Notes: generated from the sequence alone by a model not told the origin. A stretch of DNA of 64,000 nucleotides from an uncultured delta proteobacterium (GCA_963704165.1 CAVPHD010000006.1:134911-198910); one strand, 5' to 3'; counted from the stretch's first letter, positions 9,490 through 20,190 are shown. Translations and numbers: made by a program.

Positions 9490-9976
9490 CGCCGTCGCGC
9501 TCACGCTCTTTGCGCTGCTGGGTTGCCGGCACCTGCCGCTGCCGCTGCCGCGGATCGCCGAGTGCCCCGGCAGCCTCGTGCCCACGCAGGAGATCGCCGG
9601 GGACTGGCGAATCCACGAACGCATCCGGGTGCGCGGCGAGCGCGTGGACGAAGCCTACGGCCTGGTCGTCGAGAAGACCGGCGACCGGCTCGTCCTGGTC
9701 GGGCTCACGCCCTTCGGCGCGACGGCCTTCTCGCTCTCGCAGATCGGGGTCGAGGTGGAGAGCGCGTCCAAGCTCGGCCGCGCCCTGCCCGTACCTCCCG
9801 AGAACGTGCTCCGAGATTTCCATCGCGCGCACTTCCTCGCGCCCGACGACTCCGGGTTCGAAGGTCGCCTCGTTCGCCGCGACGCGGACGGAACGGTGCA
9901 CATCACGAGCGCGCGCTGCGGCTACCAGTCCACGCTCGTCCCCGTCGGACGCGACCCGATTCCGAAGACGCGCTAG
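9482..9976 (+). CDS. DUF3261-like lipoprotein (ApeN-like)
   Basis: Lipobox LLGC; LVLVGLTPFGATAFSL motif; follows MMPL as in APE clusters. Confidence 0.7.
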   Translation: MRSAVALTLFALLGCRHLPLPLPRIAECPGSLVPTQEIAGDWRIHERIRVRGERVDEAYGLVVEKTGDRLVLVGLTPFGATAFSLSQIGVEVESASKLGRALPVPPENVLRDFHRAHFLAPDDSGFEGRLVRRDADGTVHITSARCGYQSTLVPVGRDPIPKTR

Positions 9977-11429
9977 CCGTCGCCTTCGCGGCGCGCGAGC
10001 TTGCCGGTCACCGTCTCGGGAAGCGACTCGACGACGCGGAACTCGCGCGGGATCTTGTACGCGGGCAGGTGTTCGCGGCAGTGCGCCTTCAACTCGGCGG
10101 GAGTCGGCGAACGGGCGGGATCGGCCGGCTCGAGCTCCGCGACGGGGATCTCGCCGAGGTGCGCGTGCTCGCGCGGGGTGACGCGGCTCCGGCGCACGAG
10201 CGGGTGCGCGTCGAGAATCGCCTCGACCTCCTCGCTGAAGAACTTCATGCCCGCCATGTTGATGCGGTTCGCGCGCCGCCCGACGAGAAACAGATCGCCG
10301 TCGGAATCGAAATAGCCCTGGTCGCCGGTGCGGAAGCCGTCGGGCACGAGCACCTCGCGCGCGGGCGTCCACGGATCGAGATAGGCGTCGAAGCTGCCGG
10401 GTCCGCGAATGCAGATCTCGCCGGTCTTCTCGGGTGAGGTCGGTGGCGCCACCGGCGCTCCGTCCTCGCCGCGCAGCCAGACCTGGTAGTCGGGAAGCGG
10501 CCGTCCGAGCGCGCCGGGCTTCGACGCGGCACTCGCCGCGTTCAAGACCGGCAGTCCGACCTCGATGATGCCGAGCGCCTGCGCGACGGGTCGGCCGAAG
10601 CGCGTCGCGAACGCGCGCGCGATCTCGGGCCGCAGCCCCTCGGCGGTCGAGATCGCGAGGCGGACGTCGGAGAGCTGCACGCCCGACGCGTCCTTCGCGA
10701 GCAGGTTCATGTGGTACGGCGAGGCGTAGAGCAGCGTCGCGCGTTCGCCCGAGGCGAGCTCGAGGATCGACTTCGCAAGCGATCCGGCCGGCAGCAGGAT
10801 CGAGGCGCCGAAGCGCAGGTAGAGCAGGATCGACACCACGAAGTGATGCGCCATCGGCAGCAGCCAGAGGATCCGATCCGCGGGGCCGATGCCGAGGCCG
10901 CGGTTCGCGGCTTCGAGCCGCGCGAGGATCGCGGCGTGACCGAGGATCACGCCCTTGCGGCGGCTCGTCGTGCCCGAGGTGAAGCGCAGATAGGCGGGAT
11001 CGAGCGCTCCGAAGTCGCGATCGGCAGTTGCCATCGACGGGTCGCGCCTGCGGACGGGCGACGATGTCGAATCCCGGTGCCGCGTCTCGCTCGATCACGA
11101 TGAAATGCAGCTGCGCGCGCTCCGCGAACGCCTCGAGCACCGCGCCGGTGTGGTCGTCGGCGATCGGCACGAGGCACGCGCGGCAGGCCAGGATGGCGAG
11201 AGCGAGCTCGACGAAGCCCGCGCCCTGGCGCGCGACCAGCCCGACGCGAAGCGCGCGTCCGATCCCGGCCGCGCGAAGCGCCGACGCGAGCGAGTCCACG
11301 CGCGTCACGAGCTCGCGATAGGAGATGCGTCTCGGCTTCGCGCCTGTCGTCGCCCGCGACGACGAGCGCAGGGCCATCCGGCGTGCGCTCGGCATGCGCG
11401 CGAATTCGATCGAGGACGGTCTCGTTCAC
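9973..11429 (-). CDS. Class I adenylate-forming enzyme (acyl/aryl-AMP ligase), frameshifted in the 5' part
   Basis: RFTSGTTSRRKG P-loop, GFRTGD, GRRANRINMAGMK, YKIPREF...TGKL. N-terminus VNETVLDRIRAHAERTPDGPAL from GTG 11429, overlapping the upstream stop. Confidence 0.85.
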
Positions 11430-12715
11430 GTTCGCGCGAGTCTGCTCGCGGACCCGCGCGGGCGCAATCGCGCTGCAAGCGCCACGCCCGCGTCCGCGGC
11501 GAGGGCCGCCGCGACACCGATCGCCTCGCCGGTCGCGAGCGCGGTCCCGATCACGCGCAGCGCACCGAGCGCCTCGTGGGTCGCCGAGACGCAGCGCCCC
11601 GCCAGACCGAGCCGCGGGATGCGTGCGCGAGACGAGCGCGCCGAGCGGTACCGAGCACGGCCCGATCGGGTACTCGAAGCTGCGCGCGGCGGTGGTCGTG
11701 CCAGAGCTCGATCGGCCAGGTCGAGACCGCCACCTCGTCGTCGCGCCGGCGCCGGCGAGCACGTCGTCCGCGCCGAGCACGACGCGTGCCGAGCGCACGG
11801 CGCGTCTCGCGAATGCCGAGCCTGCGCGGAGCTCCGCGAGCCGGCTCGACGCGAACCCCGGCCGCGTCTCGCGCAGGAACTTCGGCGATCGCCTCGGCGC
11901 TCGCGCGCGCGCTCGACTCGATCGCCTCGACGCAGTCGCGATCGAGAGGCCGCCAGCCGACGCCCGCCGGGCCGGCCGACGTTCAGCGTCACGAAGACCT
12001 GTCCCGGCGCGCCGCAGCGCGCGCACCACGACCGACTCGCGCCGGCGGGCAGCGCGCCCGTGCGCGCGGCGCCCGCGACGGCGACGCGTGAGCCGCAGGC
12101 GCGCGAAGCCCGCGAGGGCGTCGGCCGTCGACGCCGTCGAGCCGGAAGATGAACGACGGGCATCTGCAGTCGCGACGCGGGCTCGATCGCCCACGCCGCG
12201 CCGCCGAGCGAGCCGCGACGCCGCGTCGCCGCTGGCGTCGACGACGACGCGCGCGCGGAGCTCGCTCGGCCGCCCCGGAGCCGCGCAGCGCAGAGCTCGC
12301 TCGCCACGCGCCGCGTCGCGCGCGAGCTCCGCCGCGACGAGCTCGGTCCCGAGGCGCAGCTCGAGCCGCGGACTCGGCGCGACACCGATCGCTGTAGAGT
12401 GTCGACGAGCGCCGCGGGCACCGTCGGCAGGAACCAGACCCGGCCCGCGCCGCTCGGGCTCGCCCGCCGAGCGCGCACGCGCGAACTCGCGCGGGAAGCC
12501 GGGATGCGCCGGCGACGGCGCTCGCCGCGTCCGCCGGCAGGTAGAGGCCGCAGATCGTGTGCACCAGCGCCTGCGAGGCGTTTCCGCCGAGCGACGCCTC
12601 GCGCTCGACGAGGACCGTGCGCGCGCCCGCGCGCGCCGCCGCGAGCGCGGCCGCGACGCCCGGCGCTGCCGCCGCCGACCACGGCCACGTCGCAGCGTCG
12701 AAGCGCCCGCGGCAC
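11426..12715 (-). CDS. FAD-dependent oxidoreductase (FAD_oxidored/PF12831-like), multiple frameshifts
   Basis: Stitched frames: DVAVVGGGSAG...LGGNASQALVHTICGLY...VSTWPIELW...AGRCVSATHEALGALRVIGTALATGEAIG. Confidence 0.75.
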   Translation of the reverse strand: MPRALRRCDVAVVGGGSAGRRGRARGGARGRAHGPRRARGVARRKRLAGAGAHDLRPLPAGGRGERRRRRIPASRASSRVRARRASPSGAGRVWFLPTVPAALVDTLQRSVSRRVRGSSCASGPSSSRRSSRATRRVASELCAARLRGGRASSARASSSTPAATRRRGSLGGAAWAIEPASRLQMPVVHLPARRRRRPTPSRASRACGSRVAVAGAARTGALPAGASRSWCARCGAPGQVFVTLNVGRPGGRRLAASRSRLRRGDRVERARERRGDRRSSCARRGRGSRRAGSRSSAQARHSRDAPCARHASCSARTTCSPAPARRRGGGLDLADRALARPPPRAASSTRSGRARYRSARSSRARIPRLGLAGRCVSATHEALGALRVIGTALATGEAIGVAAALAADAGVALAARLRPRGSASRLART

Positions 12716-12717
12716 GC

Positions 12718-14091
12718 TCAGCCGCCGAGGAGATCGGCGCGCAGCGCCCGCGCGAAGCATCGCGCAGCTCGTCGTCGGCGAACACGCCCGCCTGGTGGAC
12801 GTGGGTCGAGTTCAGGCGCCCCTCGCGCAGCGAGAAGATCAGCCCGCTGCCGGGCGAGGCCGGCACCGACGGCGCGTGGAAGGCGTTCCGGATCGGCGCG
12901 CCGAGGAAGCGCGTCGATGCCGGGCAGGAACTCGTCGGTGTAGGCGAAGAAGAACGAGCAGAGCTCGCCGCCGAAGCGCGCGCCGCGCCATCCGCGCGTA
13001 GAGGCGGCGCGGCGCGAAGCGCGCGAAGTCCATCGCGACGCGCCCCGGCCTCGACCAGTCCTTCCTTGATCGCCGCGAGCCGCTGCGCCTTCAGCTCCGC
13101 GATCAGCCCGTCGAAGGTCGTCGACCTGCTCCGGCAGGACCTGGAACCAGAGCAGCGAGACGTGGGTGCGGAAGATGGCGCCCTGCCGCGCCCTTGGCGC
13201 GCAGGTTCACGGGCAGCGGAACGACGTAGCTGCCCGGGCTCGACGCCGCGCGCGCGCGAACACCGCGTGGTGCGCGCGGATCGCCGCCGCGAGGTAGAAG
13301 AGCATCGGCGTCAGGAAGCCCGCGCTGCTGCTTCGCGCGCGCGACGATCCGCGCGGTCTCGTCGGGCGGCGAACGTCAGCGACGTCGTAGCGCGAGCTCC
13401 TGCCGCACGCGCGCGAGCGGACCGGCGAGCGAGTGCGGTGGCCGAGCGCGCGAACGACCGCCATCCGCGCTGCCACGCAGCGCCGATCGCCCCGCGCTTC
13501 GCGCGGCTCGCGGGCGGCGGCGTCGTGCGCGGCCTGCGCCGTCGCTCGGGCAGCTCGCTCGCCGGTCGCACGCCGCGCGCCGACCTCGTCGAGCCAGCGC
13601 GACGAAGCGCTCGCTGCCCGAGCCGTCGAGGAGCATGTGCAGCCAGGTGAAGGCGACGTCGCGTGCCGGCCGCGCCGCCGTCGTAGCGCACGACGTCGCA
13701 GCGCAGGAGCTCGCCGCGCCGTCCGCGAGGCGATCGTTCAGGCGCGCTTGAACGGCTTCGGGATCTCGCGCTCCACTTCGCCCGCCGAGGACTCGTGCTC
13801 GTGCACCTCGATCGGCGGCAGGTTCGCGCGCGCCGCGAGATCGAGTCGGTACACCGGCGGCCACAGGCCGAAGGGCCGGCGGATCGGCGCGCGCAGGATC
13901 GGCTGCGCCGCGAGCGACCTCGGCGAGGAGCGCGCGCAGGCGATCCGGGTCGAAGCCCGGCCCGAGTCGCAGCACGAGCTGCGACAGGTGACTCGAGCCC
14001 GCCGTGCGGCGCATCTCGGCGTCGAAGGCGCGCAGGAAGCAGTCCGCGCCGGTGAGCGAAACGCGGGCTAGCGCGCCAGCGAGCTGACCAT
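12718..14091 (-). CDS. Stand-alone condensation-domain-like / CoA-dependent acyltransferase superfamily protein, multiple frameshifts
   Basis: Stitched frames: SLTGADCFLRAFD...QPILRAPIRR...FTWLHMLLDGSG (HxxxDG)...MLFYLAAAIRA...YVVPLPVNLR...SFFFAYTDEF...GLIFSLREGRLNSTHVH. About 450 codons. Confidence 0.65.
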
Positions 14092-14336
14092 GCACGCAGG
14101 CCGCGAGGGTCTCCGCGTCTCGCGAGCGTCGTCTCGGCGTGAGCAGGCTCTCGTCCACCCAGACGCCCGTGCTCTCCTCGATGGCGAGCAGGAGCTGCGT
14201 CACCGCCAGCGAGTCGAGCCCCGCCTCGACCAGATCCGATTGGGGCGTGAAATCGTCTCCGACCGAGAGCAGATCGGAGCGGAGGATCTCGTAGATGCGG
14301 GTCGTCAGCGCTTCACGGCTCCAGTCATGACGTCAC
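14068..14336 (-). CDS. Acyl/peptidyl carrier protein 3, frameshifted
   Basis: DWSREALTTRIYEILRSDLL...DLVEAGLDSLAVTQLLLAIEESTGV phosphopantetheine motif. Start and stop boundaries uncertain. Confidence 0.8.
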
Positions 14337-14412
14337 GGTGTTTCGCACCGGGCTGCGCGCCTTGTCAAGGCGCGTTGAAACAGCTTGGGCGCTCGTCTAG
14401 ATTGCGGCGAGC

Positions 14413-15663
14413 ATGGGGCCTTCGCCAATTCGCAGGGTCGCGATCATCGGAAGCGGTCCGGCGGGCTCGGCCCTCGCAACCTGGCTCGCCCGCGGAGGGG
14501 TCGACGTCGCCCTCTTCGCGCGCGGCAAGCGCCCACCGATCATCATCGGCGAGTCGCTGGTTCCCGCGGTGGTGCCGTTCCTGCGCGATCTCGGGATCGA
14601 GGACGAGGTCGCGAAGTACAGCCTGTACAAGGCGGGCGCGACGTTCGTCTTCCACCCCGAGCAGACGATCAGCTTCCGCTTCGCCGACTCCCGCAAGGCG
14701 CGCACGCCCTACTCCTACAACGTTCCTCGTGACCGCTTCGACGCGACCCTGCTCGACGCCGCGCTGCGCGCGGGAGCGAAGCTCGTCGAGCATTCGGCGC
14801 GCGTCGAGCGAGCGGATGGCACCGAGATCATCCGGCTCGATCCCGAGGCGCAGGCCCGGGCGACCGAGGCGCTCGGCGGCGCACCCGACCTGATCGTCGA
14901 CGCGACGGGACGCGCGCGAACCGTCGCGCGCCTGCTCGATCTTCCGACGGTCGAGGGCCCGCGCAAGGACGCGGCTCTGCACGCGCACTGCACCGGGGTC
15001 GATCTCGTCATGCCGTCCAACGTCCACACCGATCGCCTCGCGCAGGGCTGGAGCTGGCGCATCCCGCTGCCCGGACGCGTCTCGGTGGGACTCGTCGTGC
15101 CAGGCGCGTTTCTCGAGACCTTCGGCAAGAGCGCGGAGGAGCAGTTCGACAACCTGCTGCGCCGCGAGGCGTCGGCGCGGCCATGGGGAGAGAAGGCGGA
15201 ACGCCTCACTCCCGTGGTCCGCTACTCCAACTACCAGCTGCGCGCGACGCGAGCCGCGGGCGACGGCTGGGCGATCGTCGGCGACGCATTCGGCTTCGTC
15301 GATCCGGTCCTCTCGAGCGGCCTTCTGATCGGGCTCGACGGCGCGAAGACGCTGTCACGCGCGATCCTCGGTGGGAAGCCGTCGGGCTTCGCGACCTACG
15401 AAGCGCGCGCGATCCGCATCCTCGACGACTGGACGCGCATCGTCGATGCGTACTACAGCGGCCGGCTCTTCACGCTCTTCCGTGTCGGGCAGTTCGTGCA
15501 GGACACGCGCCTCGGACGCATGGTCGATTTCCACTTCCGAAAGCACATCCCTCGCGTCTTCACGGGCGAGGCGAGCGACAGCCGCTACAGCATGGCGATC
15601 GTCGGCTTCATGCTGAAGTACGGTCTGGCGGGGAACGACCCCGCCGAGTTCGCGATCCGGTGA
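14413..15663 (+). CDS. Flavin-dependent halogenase-family NAD(P)/FAD oxidoreductase
   Basis: GSGPAG, IGESLVP, YKAG (candidate catalytic Lys), GWSWRIPL (WxWxIP), GDAFGFVDPVLSSG. Confidence 0.8.
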   Translation: MGPSPIRRVAIIGSGPAGSALATWLARGGVDVALFARGKRPPIIIGESLVPAVVPFLRDLGIEDEVAKYSLYKAGATFVFHPEQTISFRFADSRKARTPYSYNVPRDRFDATLLDAALRAGAKLVEHSARVERADGTEIIRLDPEAQARATEALGGAPDLIVDATGRARTVARLLDLPTVEGPRKDAALHAHCTGVDLVMPSNVHTDRLAQGWSWRIPLPGRVSVGLVVPGAFLETFGKSAEEQFDNLLRREASARPWGEKAERLTPVVRYSNYQLRATRAAGDGWAIVGDAFGFVDPVLSSGLLIGLDGAKTLSRAILGGKPSGFATYEARAIRILDDWTRIVDAYYSGRLFTLFRVGQFVQDTRLGRMVDFHFRKHIPRVFTGEASDSRYSMAIVGFMLKYGLAGNDPAEFAIR

Positions 15664-17219
15664 TGCGGACGCGATGAGATTCCGCCGCGAGGCGCGAGCG
15701 CGACCGATACGACGTGATCGTCGTCGGCAGCGGTCTCGGAGGTCTGAGCTGCGCGGCGCTGCTCGCTCGCTCCGGCCGGTCGGTGCTCGTGGTCGAGCGC
15801 CACGACCGCCCGGGCGGCTACGCGCACTCGTTCCGGCGCGAGGGCTGCGAGTTCGACTCGGCCGTGCATCTCGTCGGCGGCTGCGAGCCGACGGCGTTCG
15901 CGGGCGGCGGACTCCTGCACCGGGTGCTCGAAGCGGTCGGCGCGCGCGACGAGCTCTCGTTCGAGCGCATCGACCCGCTCTACACCGCCGTGTTCCCCGG
16001 ACTCGAGCTGCGGCCCCGGCTCGGCCTCGACGAGTTCGAACGCGCGCACGCGGACGCGTTCCCCAGCGAGCGCAAGGGACTGCACGACCTGCTTCAGGAG
16101 TGCCTCGCGATCCAGATCGAGGCGCGGCGCGCGGCAGAGCTCGCGTCGCCCTTCGAAGTCATGCAGCGGCCCGGGCGCTTTCCGACGCTGGTCCGCTACC
16201 GGCGGGCGACGCTCGCGCGGGTCATGGACGAGCATCTCGACGACGCGCGCGCGAAGGCCGTGTTCGCGACGTTCTGGCCGTATCTCGGTCTGCCTCCGGG
16301 ACGCGTCTCGTTCCTGTACTTCGCGACGATGCTGCTCTCGTACGTGGCGGAGGGCGCGTACTACTGCCGGGGCAGCTTCCAGAAGCTCGCACGCGCGTTC
16401 GCGCGCGCGGTCGAGCGCGACGGCGGCGAGGTTCTGCTGCGCAGCACCGTGCGCCGGATCGTCGTCGAGGGCGGACGTGTCGCCGGCGTGCTGCTCGAGA
16501 ACGGCCAGAGGATCGAAGCGCCCGTCGTGGTGTCGAACGCGGACCTGCGCCAGACCGTCGAGGAGCTCGTCGGTGCCGAGCACTTCTCGGCCCGCTTCCG
16601 TCGCCCGCTCGCCCGTCTGTCGCCATCGATCTCCGCGTTCGTGACCTATCTCGCGACCGATCTCGACCTCGCGAGCTTGCGCGCCACGCACGAGACGTTT
16701 GCCTACGAGAGCTTCGACCACGAAGCCGCCTTCGAGGCGACGCTCGCCGGGCGGCCCGGGTGGTGGAGCGCGACCGTGCCGACGCTCGCCGATCCGACGC
16801 TGGCACCCGCGGGCACGCACCTGATGACGCTGACGACGCTCGTTCCGTACGACGCCGCGAAGAACTGGCGCGCGGAGAAGCCCGCGCGCGTCGCTGCGAT
16901 GATCGACGCCGCGTCGAAGCGATTCCCCGGCCTCGGCGAGTCCGTCCGCTTCGCCGAGGCCGGAACACCGCGCACCATGGAGCGCTATACACGAAACAGC
17001 GACGGGGCGATCTACGGCTGGGCGCTCGCGCCCGACCAGGTCGGACCGGGCCGACCCGCGAACGAGACGCCTCTCGCCGGACTCTGGCTCGCCGGGCACT
17101 GGGCCCAGCCGGGAGGCGGCGTCTACGGAGTGGTGACCTCCGGAGTGAACGCGGCTCGGGGGATCTTGGGCTTCGCGCACGACACGGACCTGTTCGCACA
17201 CCTTCCGCGGCGAAGCTGA
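15663..17219 (+). CDS. Phytoene desaturase / retinol saturase-family oxidoreductase (COG1233-like); start uncertain
   Basis: YDVIVVGSGLGGLS, ERHDRPGGYAHSF, GTPRTMERYT...GAIYGW, LWLAGHWAQPGGG. Continuous frame from ~15678; the start codon is probably frameshifted. Confidence 0.85.
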
Positions 17220-18490
17220 TGGACTGGTTCGACCTCGCGCGCTTCGGGATGTTCGTGCACTGGGGTCACATCGCGCAGCGCGGAATCGAGATCAGCTGGC
17301 CGCTGGTCGGGGGCGCGGGCGCACCGCACCACGGACAAGCGTCGCTCGGCGTCGCCGAGTACCACGCGAGCGCGACGACGCTTCGCGCCGAAGCCCCACG
17401 CCGCGCGCGACTGGCTGCGCGCGCGCCGAAGCGCGCCGGCATGCAGTACGCGGTCTTCACCGCCAAGCACCACGACGGCTACGCGATGTGGCCGACACGA
17501 AGCCGTCGCGACTTCTCGATCGAGCACTCGCCTACGGCCGCGACATCGTGCGCGAGTTCGTCGACGCGATGCGCGACGAGGGGCTGCGCGTCGGGCTCTA
17601 CTACTCGCTCATGCGACTGGCACCACCCGGACTACCCGCCGTTCACGGACGAGGACACGCCCGTACCGCTTCGGGAGCGTGCCGCAGCCGACGCCCGAGC
17701 AGTGGGAGCGCTTCCTCGCGTTCCATGTTCGCGCAGGTGCGCGAGCTGCTGACGGACTACGGGCAGATCGACCTCATCTGGTTCGACGGCGGCTGGGAGC
17801 GCACGCCCGAGCAGTGGCAGGCCACGGAGCTCGAGCGCGCTGATCCGCGAGCTGCAGCCCGAGATCCTGATCAACGACCGGCTGCCCGGGCGCGGCGACT
17901 TCGAGACGCCCGAGCAGTTCGTCCCGCCGCGAGCCGCCGGCGCGGCACGTGGGAGACCTGCATGACGATGAACGAGAGCTGGGGCTACAACCCGCGACGA
18001 CGCGCACTGGAAGTCGGCGCGCGCGCTCGTGCACACGCTCTGCGAGGTCGCCGGGCCGGGCGGCAACCTGCTGCTGAACGTCGAGCCCGATGGGCGACGG
18101 CGCGCTCCGGCCGGAGCACGTCGAGCGGCTCGAGGCGATCGCGGCGTGGATGTCGCGCAACGGCGAGAGCGATCGTCGGCACGGCAGCCCGGGCTCGAGC
18201 CGTGGCAGTTCTACGGCCCGTCGACGCGAAACGCGGCGAACGCGTCTTACCTGCACCTGCTGATGCGGCCGTACGAGTCGGTCACGGTGCGCGGCGTGCC
18301 GATCCGGCGCGTGCGCGCGGTGCGCGAGCTGCGCGAGCGGACGCGCGCTCGCGCACCGCGGACGCTGCGACGATCATCGACCAGATGTTCAACGCCGGAT
18401 CCGATCGGCGAGCTCACGATCGAGGTGCCCGAGGAGCTGCTCGACCCGCTCGCGACCGTGATCGAGCTCGAGATCTCAGCTCGCGCCTGA
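17219..18490 (+). CDS. Alpha-L-fucosidase-like glycoside hydrolase (GH29), multiple frameshifts
   Basis: [66 protein letters not shown] across frames. Confidence 0.85.
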
Positions 18491-18782
18491 GCTCCGCGCC
18501 AGCTCGCTGATCACCTGCGCGAGCGCGACGTCGCGCTCGGTGATGCCGTTCGATTCGTGCGTGACCAGGTCGATGCTGACGCGACTCCAGACGTTCGACC
18601 ACTCCGGGTGGTGATCGCGCTTCTCGGCTTCGAGCGCGACCCGCGTCATGAACGCGAAGGCGGAGCTGAAGTCGGCGAAGCGGAGATCGCGGTGCAGCTT
18701 TCCGTCCCGGACTTTCCAGCGCGGGCAGCGCCCGCAGCGCGTTCTCGAGCTGCTTCTCGCCGAGCTTCGTGGGTGCGGCCAT
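18476..18782 (-). CDS. phhB: Pterin-4-alpha-carbinolamine dehydratase, one frameshift
   Basis: [31 protein letters not shown]...[11 protein letters not shown]. Confidence 0.88.
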
Positions 18783-18846
18783 CCGCGAAGGCTCCCACCG
18801 GCCCGGTCGGGCGTCAAACCCGGAACGAGTTCGCTAGCGTAGCCAC

Positions 18847-20183
18847 GTGGCCAGGATTCGACCCAAGCTCGAGAAGACAGAGGCCCGTCCCGGAGCGCTC
18901 GCACTCGCTGCGCTGCTCGGAGCCGCAGCGGCGGCGTGGGCCGCGTTCCAGTGGTGGCAACTCATGGTCGGGCGGCAGGGTGGCGAGATCCTCTGCTCGC
19001 CCGTCGGCGACGGTCACTGCGCGGAGGTCTGGGACTCCCCGTTCGCTTCGGCCGTGCATGCGTGGACGGGACTGCCCGTCGCCGGTTGGGGTGTCGCGTG
19101 GGGGCTGATCGCACTCGCGCTGCCGCTCGTCGCGCGCTCGCGGCTGTCGAGCCGGCGTGCGGCCGATGCGTGGATCGCGGCGACGCTCTGCACGGGCGTC
19201 GCCGGCGCGTTCGGCGTTGCGGCCCTGATCGGGGTGTCGCTGCGCTTCGGACACCTCTGCTCGACTTGCGGCCTCACCTACCTGCTCGTGCTCGGCTACG
19301 CCGCGGTCTGCTTCTTCGGGGTGCGCAATCCGCTGCGGAGCGACCTGCTGCGCGGTGTCGGTCTCGCTGCGAGCGCGCTCGTCGATTCGCGTTCGCGGTC
19401 CTGCTCGTTCCCGGCCTCCAGACCCCGCAGAGCTCGACAGCTGCGGGCGCGCGCGCGGTCGAGACGCTCGAACGACTCCCGGCGGATACGAGCGATGCCG
19501 AGGAGCTTTCGCGCTTCATCCGCGAAGCTTCTCCCGAGGCGCGCCAGCTGCTCTCGGACGTGCTCGCCGACTACGCCGCGGGACCGGTGCTCACGCCGCC
19601 CGCCGCACGCGCGCGGATCGGCCCGCCCACCGCGCGCCTGGAGCTGACCGAGTGGTCCGACACGCTCTGCAGTCACTGCGCGCAGCTTCACCAGACACTC
19701 GAGCAGATGCAGCAGCGCCTGGGTCCCGACACGTTCTCGCTCGTGGCTCACCAGTACCCGCTCGATCCCGCGTGCAACTCGAGCATGCAGGGAGGAAAGA
19801 GCGACCCGGTGCGCTGCACGAGTGCGCGCGCGCAGATCTGCGCCGAGGGCCGGCCGGGGGCCTTCGAGCTGACGGGCGAGCTGTTCCGACGCCAGCGCGC
19901 GCTGACCGAGCCGATCGTGCTCGAGCTGGCCTCGCGCGTGCTTCCGCGCGCCGAGCTCGAGTCCTGCCTGCGCGCCCCCGAGACCGAGCGCAAGCTACAG
20001 GAGGACATCGCCTGGGCGGTCGCGCACGACATCCACGGCACACCCATGTTGCTGATCGGTGGCCGGAAGGCCCTGCCCTTCCCGCCGCTGCTCTACGCGC
20101 TCGCGCTGACGCGGGGCTCGGCGTCGCATCCCGAGTTCGCCGCGCTCCCACCGCCGAAGCCGCTACCGAAACACGAGCACTGA
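18847..20183 (+). CDS. VKOR-domain / DsbA-like thioredoxin fusion, frameshift near 19385
   Basis: VKOR loop cysteines [22 protein letters not shown]-terminal Trx fold [19 protein letters not shown]. Confidence 0.82.
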
Positions 20184-20190
20184 GCGGCGC

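Noticed and set aside
11000..14300. Programmed frameshifting or phase variation in the tailoring cassette
   Set aside because: Too many scattered indels, no slippery heptamers or long simple repeats, and the same pattern occurs in unrelated housekeeping genes.
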